DNA of 64,000 bases from Octopus vulgaris (taxonomy: Eukaryota): contig OX597828.1 of assembly GCA_951406725.2 (NCBI GenBank), forward strand, positions 65,224,001 through 65,288,000. The letters run 5' to 3'. Positions 1-14,655 of the stretch are shown here, piece by piece. Numbering within the stretch: position 1 is the first letter of the stretch; every line of letters begins with the position of its first letter. A program made the translations under genes and the position numbers. Below the pieces are notes generated by a model, which worked only from the letters and a program-made list of their open reading frames with translations, made no database searches and was not told the DNA's origin.

Positions 1-499
1 TGAAAGGAACATCATGAAGTAAAGATGCAATACTTCACCAGCCTATTAATATAAAAATGCTAAATATATGTTAATTACTCTTGCAAAAAAACGGAACGAT
101 AAATTTTTTCATTTCCGCATCTAAAAATTGACAGTTCCACGTTAAACAGGATCAACTGCTCCACAGTCACTGACGGATGAGATTAGCATAAATGCCATTT
201 TCAGGAAAAGGGAACGCGCATTAGCTTCAATCTTGAGTTGTATTTGTTATTTGTCTTTTCTTCCATCCAGGACTGATAGAATAGCTAACAGAGTTATAAT
301 GGACAGAATCATGTGAGGTTCCCTAGTCAATTATAGTCACCATTAATGCGTCATCAACAGTTGGTGAGTTACACTACCAAAAATATCGATGACATTTACT
401 CGGTGCCCCAACATGAATACAGCCTTTAGGCTGAAATGCATGAAAGAGTAAAAGTTTTTTTTTGCATTATTGCTTCTAAACGTATGCGTCGTAGGTATG

Positions 500-750
500 T
501 AAATATTTGTATGTGTAACCTCAGCTAGGTGAGCTGCCAGTGAAGACAGGAATCTAGGAGTCAGTGGTCCGACCCCACCAAACATCTCCAACGCCACAGG
601 ATAAAAAACGTAATTGGGCGACAGATCGCGATACTTCAGGATTTTGTTCCGCTCGGCCGCAGAAGTTCTGGATTTCGCCCTGGCCGCAGCATCCAGGATA
701 GAAGTATTTCTTAAAACGTCAGTTTCACATTTCAACAGCTTACCCGAAAT
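500..750 (-). pseudogene. Relic of the C-terminal restriction-like endonuclease region of a CRE-like non-LTR retrotransposon
   Basis: Translation GKLL..T....S...AA......AAERNKILKYRDL..NYVFYPVALEMFGGVGP...FL matches the AE..K..KY..L...Y.F.P.A.E..G..G pattern I recall for CRE-clade elements. No RT upstream. Confidence 0.55.
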
Positions 751-1469
751 TTAGCCCTCGTAACAGGAACTGAGAGCGATATCGTGGAACAGAGAAATTG
801 TAGGTGATACAGATAATTTGACATAATTTTTGAATTCCGCATGCAAAACCATATAAAATACAAGTATATTTTTTCTTGGGACAAACTCTATGTTGACCGG
901 TGTTATTCTTATAGTAGTTTAGAAACCCAAGCATGAAAACGTTACTCAACTTTGGAGTTTTGGAGACAGACGCCCCCTTTTCACACACACACATGTGCAC
1001 TTATATATTAATGATGTACACAAATACATGACAGGTATACCTAATACTGAAATACGCATAAAGCGAACACATACAGACAAATATATTAATATAACAATTT
1101 TTTTTTAAATAATAAAAACATACAATCAATGAAGAGACGAAAGAAACAATAAGATGGTACATGTTGATTTTATTAGGTATTTCTGTTTAAGAAATCTTCA
1201 ATGAGCAGGTCATTTTACAGACGCTAAACTATAAATTTCACAGGTTACAACCTTAAAGTCGACACCGCTCCGCTAAGCGCCTCCCTATTGGTTAAAAGAG
1301 CACAGTTTTTTTTTCAACTTTTAAACCTCTGTAACTGTTCCTCCAATTTTTCTCCACAACATCATACCTTCATAGAAATAAGACTGGAAAACTACATTAT
1401 TATAGCCGATTTTCAGATCTTTTACTTCCTTTTAAAATATGTGTATTTTGTGAATCAGTTTAACTAGAT

Positions 1470-2219
1470 CCCTGTATATTAAACAGTGTACACACATAAA
1501 CACGCGCACACAAATACACACATAAAAACACACATACACACACAAAACATTCCCATAAACCAAAAACACGTAACATAAACACACACACCACAAATTCCAG
1601 AACATGTTTCCTAAAAACAAAAAAATGCTCATACAGATGCACGCAATTTACACCACCAAACAACAAAAAACACACATACACCACGAAAAATACACACACA
1701 CACACACACACAGACAAGACAACACACACTACAAATAACAAACACACACACATGAAACTCTTTAACAAATAAGGATCTGTCACATACACACACACACATA
1801 CGCAACTATAACACACTCATACAATATACAAAACATATTTCCAAAAAACAAAGCCAACACACACACATACACACAAACACCACAGCTGGCCAGAACTACT
1901 GACCATATTCTCTCAATAGAAAAAAAGAAGATTGGAAAAATTCTTTGACAATATATTCCAAAACACACACACACAGCTAGTCATACCTGACAACACACAT
2001 ACATAGACACACGCATACACACCCACACAGTCACTCAGACAAAACAACAAACACACACAGCAAGGCAAATTGGAAAATAATTCCTCCCAAAGTCTTTGAA
2101 TGACCATCCTTAGAAAAAAAAACACTTAACTACTCAGCCATATTCTCTCAATAGAAAAAGGAAAAAAAGAAAAATGTTTTGACAATATATTCCAAACACA
2201 GACGCGCGCGCGCACAGAT

Positions 2220-2253
<34 letters not shown>

Positions 2254-2262
2254 GCACACAGC
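1470..2262. repeat. Degenerate CA-rich low-complexity tract with an internal duplicated block
   Basis: CCATATTCTCTCAATAGAAAAA...TTTGACAATATATTCCAAA occurs at ~1903 and ~2138. Confidence 0.85.
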
Positions 2263-2939
2263 TGACCGCAACCTGAATAGAAGCTTCTTGTTCAATTTAA
2301 AAGACCTCTTTTCAACAGAATTCCTGAAACATGGAACTCTTGAAACCCACCCCAAACCTACAAAGACAAAACATATTTAAGGGAATAACTCTAAAATAAA
2401 ATTTCACTAAGAACTTAAACATGGGTACAAACTGTTAACCCCTAATTTTTTTCTCTTTGACTACCAAAATATTCTTTTTAATATTTGGTAAAATGAATAC
2501 ATCGAAACCGGTTATATTTTGCATCACTCACTGGAACAAAAATATTAAGCATTCTCTAAAATATACTTTTGTGCCTTTTCCAACATTATTTACTTTTTTA
2601 ACAATAATCTTTGATTTGTATGGACTCTTAACCCCTTTTTTTCAGCTAAATATATATATATATTTATTTGTGTGCATGTGTATGTACGTATATATGTACA
2701 CACATACACAAAACTGAATATTTTTTCCTCCATTAGCATATATATATATATATATATGATAATGGTGCCACTGAGACCCAAAGGTGTCAGGTAATGCTGA
2801 ATAATTGCTATGGACAGACCGTAGTTAAGTTCCAGATTCGGTAGTTTTGCGAATAAAGGGTTCAACGTTGGTTCTGTGTCAGCGTGTGTATATAAGAATT
2901 GATATCTATGTATGTATATATATATATATATAAGAACAT

Positions 2940-3010
<71 letters not shown>

Positions 3011-3190
3011 TTATATTTATATTTTTATATTTATATTTATATTAAGAGTCCCTCCTAGCGTGAGGCCTTTATGAATAGTAATGCCCTTAATATAAATAGA
3101 TATATTTAAGAGGAATAATTTATGGATTTTTCCCTTATGAGGCTTTTCACGCTAACTAATTGATAAATTCTTATAAAGATTTTATCCTTT

Positions 3191-3240
<50 letters not shown>

Positions 3241-3761
3241 CTTATACATATATATATTTGCACACACACAATCCATATGTGTGTGTGTGCATGTATGTGT
3301 ACATTATTTAATACATGTTCGCAATTATATCTTCTCACAAACTGAGATTTGTTCTGTAATTCATTAAAATACTGTATCAGTATTCAACAAAGCGTTAAAT
3401 AAAACATTCTAAGTTACACACATCGAAAGCTATGCGTATTATCTACCTAATTAATGCAACGTGTGTACGCGTGTGTGTGTGCACGGGGATGTGTGTGTGC
3501 ACATGTGAGTGTGTGCTTGTGTGAGTGTGTGTATGTGTTTGTGTGCACATTTGAGTGTGTATGTGTTTGTGTGTGTGTGTGTATGTGTTTGTGCGTATGT
3601 GTGTCTGTGCGTGTTTGTGTGTGTGCGTATGCTTACGTATTTATGGGGAAAATAGACACAAATATACGTTATCAAAATTACTTAAGGGTATATAAATATA
3701 TTTATGCTACAGATACTGACGCCCATTCATATACACACACATGTAGTAAATGGCTTATATA

Positions 3762-5353
3762 CAGTTGCGGCCAAAATGTTCAGAACGGCATTGCTTTTGT
3801 CAGAAAAGTAGGTATAAGTTTTTATTACAGGTATTTTATATTCTATAATTTTCACAGACAATAAATGCAATATTAATTGGTATTGTCTGAGATTTTGGTG
3901 TAATTTGAGTGGATAATACAAAAGTTATGGATGATTTAGTGATTTACTGCAAAACCTATTGTGGCCAAAATGATCAGAACGGTTGGAAAAATAACAAAAT
4001 AATCAAAAAGTGACAGAGAATGCTGGAATTATTTCATATTTAATGTGAAGCCCTTTAGCTTCAATCAAAGTTTGACATTTTTGACTGCATGGGGAAATTA
4101 AATTTTCAATTTCTTGCGGGGTGATCTTATTCCATTCTTCTTGAAGGTCATTCCATAATTGCTCGGTTGTTTTAGGATTTCTGGCTTTCAAACGTTCTCC
4201 TAGAATATTCCACACATTTTCAATAGGATTGAGGTCTGGGCTTTGAGCAGGCCAATCCATAACAATAACCTTTTCAGCTTTGAGGAAGTTCATGACCACC
4301 TTAGCCTTGTGACATGGGGCATTGTCCTGCATGAATATGGGTGGTCGCTTAGTTGAATTTCTCAGCACAGGCAAGACATGATCTTTTACAAGTTGTTTAT
4401 AAACTCCTGCATTTACCTTTCCATGTAATCGCACCAAAGGGCCCACACCATCTCCAGATATCATCCCCCAAACCATGACACTTCCTCCACCGAGGAAGAC
4501 ATTTAGGTGACAATTTTTCACCTGCTTTTCGACGAACGTACCTTTTCTCATCTGAGCCAAATAACATAGACATAAATTCATCACTGAAATGCACCGTTTG
4601 CCATTTTTCTTGAGACCACAACACAGGTTCGGTTGCAAAGGTAAGGCGACACTTTTTTTTTCTTGGAGCTGATCAGTGGCTTCACTGCAGGTGCTCATGT
4701 TCAACTAAACGACGAGACACAGTTTTTTCGAGATAAAGTTTTCTTCAGTACAATGCTCATTTCCCGAGAAACAGCAGCAGCAGTTTTAAATCTGTCCTTT
4801 TTAACCAACTTTACCATAGCACGATCTTCTCTCTTGGTCGTTTTTCTTGGCCTACCTGTAGACTTTCTTGCTTCACACGAACCACAATCATCGTAGACCT
4901 TAAGAATACCGTGAACAACACTTTTTCACTTGTTAACAATCTTTGCAATAGACCCAATACTTAAACTATCCTTCTTTCGAAGCTTAATAATCTGCTGACG
5001 AATTGGTAACGGAGTAAGTGGCATTATATTAACAAAGTACACTGCAGATATTCTTACTAATGTTTAGTAAACGAACTGTCACGTAAACAAATTCAAAACA
5101 TTAGAGTTCGGCGGTTAAATATACTAAAACAACCGTTCTGATCATTTTGGCCGCCATGGGTTTTGCAGTAAATCACGATATCATCCATAACTTTTTTATC
5201 ATCCTCTCAAATTACACCAAAATCTCAGACAATAACAAATTATATGGTATTTATTGTCTGTGAAAATTATAGAATATAAAACAACTTTGATAAAAACCTA
5301 TACCTACTTTTCTGACGAAAACAATGCCGTTCTGAACATTTTGGCCGCAACTG
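3762..5353 (-). mobile_element. Tc1-family DD34E DNA transposon with IR/DR-type ends and a defective transposase
   Basis: TA TSD at 3760-61 and 5354-55. TIRs of ~220 bp start CAGTTGCGGCCAAAATGTTCAGAACGG and have an inner repeat GGCCAAAATGATCAGAACGG. Transposase motifs FSDE, GGGSVMVWG, QDNAPCH and WPAQSPDLNPIE give D34E spacing. Confidence 0.95.
4003..5024 (-). pseudogene. Tc1 transposase pseudogene
   Basis: Starts MPLTPLPIRQQIIKLRKKD at 5024, followed by an early TGA and frameshifts. The catalytic half is in ORF 4003..4704 and FSDE lies in another frame (4397..4624). Confidence 0.9.
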
Positions 5354-5869
5354 TATACTGTATTATCTACCACCGACCCGTCCACCTCCTCCTTTCTCTC
5401 AGTCATCTATATTTTATTTTATTTATTTATTTATTTATTCCCTTCTTTTACTTATTTATCCCTTCATTTATACACCCCTTACATACTGTACCCTCAACAC
5501 ATTCTGACGAACCTTTGCGTCAACATGTAGCTTTTCACCTAATCCTGATATCCCTGGCCTCAAGAGTAGCCGGCGATATACACCTCACTTCTGAGGTTCC
5601 ATTCGCTATGAAACATATGTAGCCCGGATTTTCTATACACCATTCCTTAACTCTTGTATTCTATTCCGAACACTCGGCAACCTTGGCTGCCTACCGAGGG
5701 ATATAAAAAGAACTTTTATTTAGCTCATCGCTTTTCGGAAAAAAAAACCCCACAACCTTCCGTCTCAATAAAAGACTATTGCTCCTTGGAGTTGTTTTTT
5801 TTATATTCACTACGGATTGCTCGAAATTACCTTCCTTCCTTCACCTCGATCCCGGGATCTTACATTTAT

Positions 5870-5870
<1 letters not shown>

Positions 5871-5965
<95 letters not shown>
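5871..5965. repeat. (GATA)n microsatellite; others at 7647-7745, 12189-12290, 16845-16930, 20010-20115, 23095-23158
   Basis: Direct reading. Confidence 0.98.
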
Positions 5966-5966
<1 letters not shown>

Positions 5967-6207
5967 GCCTATTCTCTTTGACAGAAAGGAACACAGAAAT
6001 AAACAGGGAGAAAAAATAGAAAAAGGTGTAGTGGCTAGCAATACAGACGCATACATTTATATCTATGCGTTTATGTACATATCTCATAAGCAAAGGCTAA
6101 AGAAAGTTTTCTAAAGCCAATATACTGAAATCCTCGTTTAATCTACTTGCTACAGAAAGTTGAACTGAAATGCGGGCAACTCTATGTATACGTATATACA
6201 CACATAC

Positions 6208-6256
<49 letters not shown>

Positions 6257-7061
6257 CGTGTGTGTGTGTGTGTATGTGTGCGTATATATATATAAACATA
6301 TATATATATCGAGTGAGAGAGAGAAACAATTGATGAATAAACAACAAAGAATAAATCCACGGCAATTAAGAGATTAATCAATAAAAGGTCATTATACACG
6401 AAGACATAGTAAATCCAGGTGGCATGTATATACACGATCAGCTAAAACAATCTTTGAGAGCAACATATTCAAGAACAACACCTTTTCCAACTACCAAAGA
6501 ATCATTACATATAATCATAAATTACTGACATAGCTCAAACTTTATAATCAAGAGTTGGTTCATTTAGATTAACACCACCTGTGTAAAATTTCATAATTGT
6601 GATATATAATTAATTTAAGATTAGTTGAATATATTTAAAACTCTCTTTAACAAAAATTATCAGGAATTTTGTATTAAGTTAACCAGAGAAGAATTACTAG
6701 TTGAGCTAGTAGGTGACAGCAATTGGATGCGATCAAAGTATGTTCTATCAGTGAAAGTTTTTATTCTGTGCTGATCATTAAAGATGTGTTAAAGATATGT
6801 TTAAGTGTTTCTTTTTCTTCTTGTTTAGATTTCATATATATATATATATTTATATATATATATATATATATATATGAATGTGGTTTCAGAGTCAAGTTTT
6901 GGTTGCTATTTCCAGCGTGGTGGTATCTCTTAAGTACCCTAAATTATAATTTTAATAATAATTATTACCTTTGAAGGTTTTTATTCCCATGCTGCCCACC
7001 TGATAAGATTGGTATTTAAATATCGATATTATCCTTATTTATATAAATTTATATATAAGTT

Positions 7062-7156
<95 letters not shown>

Positions 7157-7386
7157 AGGGGTATAGCTCCTAGCCTAATCCTCTGGCCCATTCTTCGTTT
7201 CACAGCAGCCGCAAACTGGATGTGTTAATCCATCTTCAACAATAGCCATATTCCCTTCCATATCGGCTAACTCTGATGAGCGTAAGGTTATATAATCGGA
7301 TTGTTGCCTAACACTCCATTGTATTCCTTGCGCGAAATCGATTGGTAAGATCAGTCGTGATGAATATGTAATACTGAACATTTGAG

Positions 7387-7445
<59 letters not shown>

Positions 7446-7448
7446 ATG

Positions 7449-7487
<39 letters not shown>

Positions 7488-7498
7488 ATGTATGTATG

Positions 7499-7545
<47 letters not shown>

Positions 7546-7580
7546 ATGTATATATATATATATATGTATGTATGTATATG

Positions 7581-7615
<35 letters not shown>

Positions 7616-7644
7616 AATATGAATTAGAGATAAAAACCACTATT

Positions 7645-7746
<102 letters not shown>

Positions 7747-7913
7747 CAGTAGCTAGGGAGACTGAGAGCCAGCTAGATAGATTGGTAGAAAGACAAACTT
7801 ACCGATAGATATAGAAATACAAAATTTATATATTCATATAAAAATACATGCAAAATAGTATATGCCCCTCTGTGCGTGTGTGTTTCCCTGTGTACAAATA
7901 TGTGGATAAATAA

Positions 7914-7975
<62 letters not shown>

Positions 7976-8885
7976 GTCTTAATCTGTATTTTTCTAAAAT
8001 TCTCATGTGTTCTGAGTTCTTCGTGTTGGCTTAGTCATTGTGGCCAACTCTATGAATATAAATATGCAAACAGAAATGATGTTTCATATTCATTTAATTA
8101 TAAATATTCATGCAACTTCTGCAACTTGGACCGTTGAAAGAATATTTCCGCGGCCTGGATGTGTATGTGTGTCTCTGTGTGTCTGTCTATGTGCGTGTGT
8201 GTGTGAGGTGTGTGCGTGCGTGTGTGAGGTGTGTGCGTGCGTTTGTGAGGTGTGTGCGTGCGTGTATGTGTCTGTCGGCTGTACAAAAGCACGTGTTTGT
8301 TCGTATTAAATTGTATGTATTTAAATGCAGAGAGCGAGCAAACGATTTCGACTTATAATGGAGTGCGTGCGTGTATGTGTGCATGTGCGTATGTGTGTGT
8401 ATATGTGCATGTGCGTGTGTGTGTGTGTGTTTGTGTGCGCACAGGTGTACTATATGTGTGTGTCCCATATTGATATATGCATACGGTGGTGTTTGAAGAG
8501 CAGAAATCGATAATGTACATATTCCATATAACTTTTAGTTCTCATGTAAACTGTCTATTGTTATTCTGCAGCCTCAAATCAGTCGTAATTGATTTGAGGT
8601 GCGCTCCAGCCGTGACGATCCATTTTAGCCAGGTTTTGTATTTCTACGAAGTGCTCTTAGCTTAGTTTTTCCTTGGGGCTGGTCAGATTGGAGCAATCTT
8701 GTGTATAACCAGCCGAAATTGCATAGATAATCTGGAACTCGACTGAAGAAAGAAAACTCCGAATGACCCATCCTTGTTTTCTTTGTATCGTCTGTCTGGA
8801 TGTTTTGCGTTCCTGTCCCATTTTTGTATTTTTTATATATATAATAAATAGTGGTGTATGTACACTTTGGTCCCTTATATGTTAG

Positions 8886-8933
<48 letters not shown>

Positions 8934-8942
<9 letters not shown>

Positions 8943-9404
8943 TAAGAGAATGGTCACTATGTGGCTCATTCTAGCACTAGTAAATCCAAAAGGTTTCAAC
9001 CACAAAAATACATGTTTCCCATGAAAGTCAGTACGATTGTTAGCTCACACGAACAGGGCAAATAAAAAATAACAAAAATACAGATTATTTTGGGACAATT
9101 GTTTCGCTATTAATGAATTAAATGTAATTTTACTTACAAAAACCCACTTGTAGCTCCTCAGCCAAAACTATCTGGCTGAGGAGCTACAAGTGGGTTTTTT
9201 GTAAGTAAAATTACATTTAATTCATTAATAGCGAAACAATTGTCCCAAAATAATCTGTATTTTTGTTATTTTTTATTTGCCCTGTTCGTGTCAGCTAACA
9301 ATCGTACTGACTTTCATGGGAAACATGTATTTTTGTGGTTGAAACCTTTTGGATTTACTAGTGCTAGAATGAGCCACATAGTGACCATTCTCTTATATTT
9401 ATTT
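8934..9404. repeat. Near-perfect ~470 bp palindrome of a hammerhead-bearing repeat
   Basis: Arms 8934-9164 and 9173-9404 are reverse complements with about two differences, separated by an 8-nt spacer AAACTATC. Confidence 0.97.
9088..9167 (-). ncRNA. Type I hammerhead ribozyme motif (left arm); mirror copy at 9173-9247 on +
   Basis: UUUUGG-CUGAGGA-GCUA..(long loop)..UAGC-GAAA-CAAUUG-UC-CCAAAA: 6-bp stem I, canonical core, palindromic stem III, GUC triplet. Confidence 0.8.
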
Positions 9405-9528
9405 TTGTATAAAATATTATAATATATTATAAAATATTATAATAATCCAGGTTTCTCGAGGCACTGGGCCACTTGGTGTTGAATAGATATACTATTAAAT
9501 TAGTATCTAATTCTCTCACCCTTATTAA

Positions 9529-9576
<48 letters not shown>

Positions 9577-10115
9577 TGTACGACTCTATTATTCTTTCTA
9601 TTCTTTGATTCTTTCCTTCTTTCTGTCAGCCCCTTCACACTTACTTCGTTCATTCCACTCTTCGTTCTTTCGTTTCCCCTCTCACATTACCTGGCCTCCT
9701 CTTCATGCCCACCTTCCCTCCTCCTTCACTTTACTCTGTCCCTTTCATTTTCTTCTCGCCCCTCCTTGATTCTTCTATCCCTCTTTCTCTACCCCTCTCT
9801 TTTCTCTCACCACGTGATCGGAGTTCGGCCAAGCCTGACATTTCTTTCTTGGTTCAACTACCATCCGTGCAAAATCTGTATTCCTCTCTGTGCCTATCAA
9901 ATCTTATGTCCATACCGTAAGGCTTTACTTCCACACACGCCAGCTTAATTTAATTCGTCCTTAGTTGAAAGACACCCGTTGTTAATGTCCTGTTATTTGT
10001 ATTTGTGTACCATTTCTCCGTTTTCTTTTTTCCGTCCTTGTTTTCGTATACATTCGTATACATTTTTGTACCAAAATTTGAAACCTATACTCTCACACAT
10101 ACTTATGCACGTATG

Positions 10116-10945
10116 TTAGTTAGTTAGTTAGTTAATTTTTTGGCTCAAAAAGCAAAAAAGCAAGGCCATGTAGGGGGACATGGAGTTATGTACAGGGTGG
10201 TGTTCATGTAAAGATTTCAGGCCACTTGTGGTCAAGGGGGACTTTGAACCGAGCGGTCGTCGGCATCTTCACCATCTCGTCCGGCAGCTTATTCCACGGA
10301 TCCGCAACCCGGACGGAGAAAGCCCCTCTCCTTCGATTGAGATGAAATCGTCGCAGATAGAGCAGGAGTGAAGAACAGCTCCTTCGAGAGGTTATACTTT
10401 CCGCTTATGATGTTGTGAGCAAGAATGAGATCACCACGGCGTCGTCGTTTTTCTAGAGAATAAAGGTCGAGCGTCTTCAGCCTTTCTTCATAAGACAAAT
10501 TCTTGAGACCAAGAACCATGCGGGTAGCTAGCTTCTGGACTGTTTCGAGATGCTGTATGTCTTTGAGGAGATAAGGAGAAGAGGCTTGAATCCCGTACTC
10601 CAATATGGATCTCACCAGTGTGACATAGGAATATGGCTGCTGTGAGCATTCCGAATGACCATTGAATCAAGAACAGAACTCCGCGTGCTTTGTTGGCAGC
10701 ATGGACGCACTGGGCCGAAGGCGAAAAGGAGGAATCCACCAAGATACCCAGGTCTTTTACCTGATCGGACCTCTTCAGCAGCAGACGACCCGGCTCGAAA
10801 TCAAGTTGAGTTGCAGGAGGAGAGCCAACAGGCAGATGACAGCACTTTGACACGTTCAGACACAGGTCCCATTCGTTAGACCATCTCCAAATTTGGTGGA
10901 GGCATCGACGAAGATCCTCTATATCACCGCGAGGAGGGACCAGTA
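10116..10945 (-). mobile_element. 5'-truncated CR1-type LINE (RT C-terminus, 3' UTR, (TAAC)n tail)
   Basis: KDLGILVDSSFS and LETVQKLATRMV..LSYEERLKTLDLYSLEKRRRRGDLI, frameshifted. (TTAG)n at 10116-10135. Confidence 0.9.
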
Positions 10946-11019
10946 TGTATGTATGTATGTATGTATGTATGTATGTATGTATGTATGTATGTATGTATGT
11001 AGGGATGTATGCATGTCAG

Positions 11020-11385
11020 ACGTGAATGAGTGGTAACATGTTCGCTTCCTAACCACATGGTTCTGGATCCAGCCCTACTGCATGGCACCTTGGGCAAGTG
11101 TTTTATACTATAGCTCCATTCAAGCCAAAAGCTTGCGAGTAGATTTAATTGAGGGAAACTGAAAGAAGCCCTCACATGTGTGTGCGTGCGAGAAAGAGAG
11201 AGACTTTGTGTTTGTGTTTGTCTCTCAACATCTCTTGACAACTGGAGCTCATGTGTTTACGTCCCCGATAGAGTAAGTAGCAGACTTACAAAACAAATAA
11301 ACACTGGTGTTTATTTGTTCGACTAAAATCCTTCTAGGTTGTGTCACACCATGGCTGCAGTCCAATGACTGAAACAAACAAAAGA
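11020..11385 (+). mobile_element. tRNA-derived SINE family B, diverged copy
   Basis: Shares GGCACCTTGGGCAAGTG..CTATAGC, GGAAACTGAAAGAAGCCC and CATGGCTGCAGTC..TGACTGAAAC with other copies. Confidence 0.85.
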
Positions 11386-11419
11386 TGTATATACATACAT
11401 ACATACATACATACATATA

Positions 11420-11466
<47 letters not shown>

Positions 11467-11479
11467 TTGTTTTTATTTT

Positions 11480-11668
11480 ATCTAGTTTCAGCTCACGAGC
11501 TGTGGCCATGCTGGGGCACCGCCATTTGGTGTTGCTACATGATTTTACTTCACGAATGCTTTTTAGCAATTGTCATTTGGTGCATGAGAGAGTTCGATGC
11601 AGCTGCCCTCATCTGCACCTCCTGCCGTGAAGTTGGTTCATCTGGGACACCTGACAGGAAGAGATCCA
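11480..11668 (-). mobile_element. 3' end fragment of a CR1-type LINE related to the 60421-64000 element
   Basis: Encodes DLFLSGVPDEPTSRQE.QMRAAASNSL, as at ~60545-60630, followed by GGCGGTGCCCCAGCATGGCC and a stem-loop. Confidence 0.85.
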
Positions 11669-12003
11669 TACATATATATATATATATATATATAAAACTA
11701 TATACATATGTACACACACACACACATACATGCACAGACACACATTATGAAGTGTTCTGGAGAGAATCGGGTACTTATATAGTATGCACCACGTTGAGGT
11801 GATTTAACCTGTAAGTACCACCGTTAGTCGGATCAATATACTGGGTACAGAAGTAATCCAGGCTGATATTTAGGTTGTAGAGAGAAAATCTACCGCGACG
11901 TGTATTTAATGCCTAGGGGCTGGTCCACATCGCGCGTTGTATCGATCATACGGCGTTTGGTATACTCTAGGAAGTCCGACGAGTCGAAGGCTTTGTTTCA
12001 GGC

Positions 12004-12385
<382 letters not shown>

Positions 12386-12745
12386 TATGTCTCACAATTA
12401 TGTCACAATTATGTCTGCACCTATGTATAATAAAATCTTTATATTTTCAGACAAACACATATCTATATACACACGAGCGCCCTTTGTGTACACCCTCATG
12501 TATATATGTACACATACAGAGAATTAGGTATAGCTAACGTATGTAGAAAAACGACTTAAAGCGGGAGGAAGAAAGAAAGAAAGAGTACTCAATACATATG
12601 CAGAGTAAAAGTTTTATGTCGGTGTTATAGAGTCACAGCTCAAAGTAACTTGTCTCATTCCGAATGAGGAACTTCTGACTGTATGTGTGCACACATACAG
12701 AAGTTTGATGCTATAGTTTTGTGCCTACGAACAAGCGTGTGTGTG

Positions 12746-12791
<46 letters not shown>

Positions 12792-12914
12792 CTGTGTCCT
12801 TATATTTTCGGGGACACACATATATGCACATATATAGATACATACATATACATATCGTGTATATATACATATACACACACATACACACACACACAAATAT
12901 ATATATATATAGCT

Positions 12915-12959
<45 letters not shown>

Positions 12960-13049
12960 TGTTTGTTTTTACATTCAGTTACAATAAACCAATTATACGT
13001 TGATCTGATGGGTTATATATATATATAAATTTAAGTATAGCTATACTGT

Positions 13050-14480
13050 CCCATTGGACGCCTATTTATTCATATGGATACACATGTGTATATGCATATA
13101 TATACACGAATGTGTAGGTATGTGCACGTTATACACATACACCCACGCGCACACACATCTATGCACATATACCTCACATATACCTCCCACACACACCACA
13201 CACGCGCACGACACGCACATACACGGCACACATAACTTTACGCACAATTCCACCCTCACACACACATATACACACGCACAAACACATACATACACATACT
13301 CGCACATGTCCGCACACATATCTCACACACAACACACTCATACTGACACGCACACAATTACACACACATGGACATAAGCACACACGCACAAACACGCACC
13401 TTTCCACTGACCACAAAAGGGAAACACACAAAAGACAGCCACTCCTACCAAAAATTCCTACAGTAAATTCTTCCTACGACATTAAGCGACACAAAGTCCG
13501 CTCACGCACACACACACATATAAACGGCCAAAACCACACACACACACATACGTACATACATGTGCTATTATTACACACACACACGCATACGGAAACTCGC
13601 ACACACACACATACAGAAACTCGCATACACACACATATACACACACACATATACACACACACATGCACACACAATATATACATACCCCCACACACACGTA
13701 CATAACTAACACTCACAACCCCACGCACACACGTACACATACCCACATACATACACACACGCACACATACATACACGCACGCACAACTACACACACACAC
13801 ACATGCACGCGCATACACGTGCAGAAAAGCGTACACATACCTCCACGCACAACCCCTCGTTCACACACACATATACGCACAATGCATACACACACATACA
13901 CACACATGCACACACATGCACACACACAAAATACACGCACACACAAATGAACCGACACATACCTCACACACACACACAACACACACTCATACATACATGC
14001 ACACAATTATGCATACATGGACATACACACACGCACATACACGCACACACACAGAGTAACGCACATTTGCTCCACAGACACAGCCCCCACACAAACCCAC
14101 GCATACACATACACCCACATGCACACACACGCACACATACACACACGCACACACAGAATACACACACGCACACACAGAATACACACACGCACACCACACA
14201 CGAAACACACACAGACAACATATACATAGACGCACACACACATACTTCAAACTACCAGTTAAACACCTTTCTACTGACCATTCTCCTACGCACAAGACAG
14301 CCACTCCTACTTAAAATTCCTACAGTAAATTCTTCCTACGATATTAAGCGATATAAAGTCCACTCACACACACACACACACACACATATAAACAGCCAAA
14401 ACCTCACACGCACACACACAGACATGCGCACATACACGTGCTATTATTACACACACTCTTACGCGCACACATGCCTACAC
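13050..14480. repeat. Long degenerate CA-rich tract with duplicated unique islands
   Basis: GACAGCCACTCCTAC..AAAATTCCTACAGTAAATTCTTCCTACGA occurs at ~13434 and ~14295. Confidence 0.9.
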
Positions 14481-14620
14481 ATACCCACACATATCTCCTT
14501 CTCTTGCACTCTCCTGTTTTAGAAAGAACTTTTTCTTCACCCATTCCTTTCCGGTCATTTCAAAATGTAACCGCGTGTGTATCGTTGGCAATTTTCTTCC
14601 CTTCCTTTCGACTTTCCTTT

Positions 14621-14655
14621 ATTTCTGAAGAAGAGCAAAGCTCGAAACGTTAAAT
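14621..14655 (+). ncRNA. Minimal hammerhead-like motif in a Penelope-type terminal repeat (family E, ~14530-14750)
   Basis: AUUU-CUGAAGA-A-GAGC-AAA-GCUC-GAAA-CG-UU-AAAU. A related copy lies at 38670-38704 (-). Confidence 0.7.

Noticed and set aside
8572-8599. 10-bp hairpin CCTCAAATCA-N8-TGATTTGAGG
   Set aside because: Isolated, with no further structure, and plausible by chance in 64 kb.
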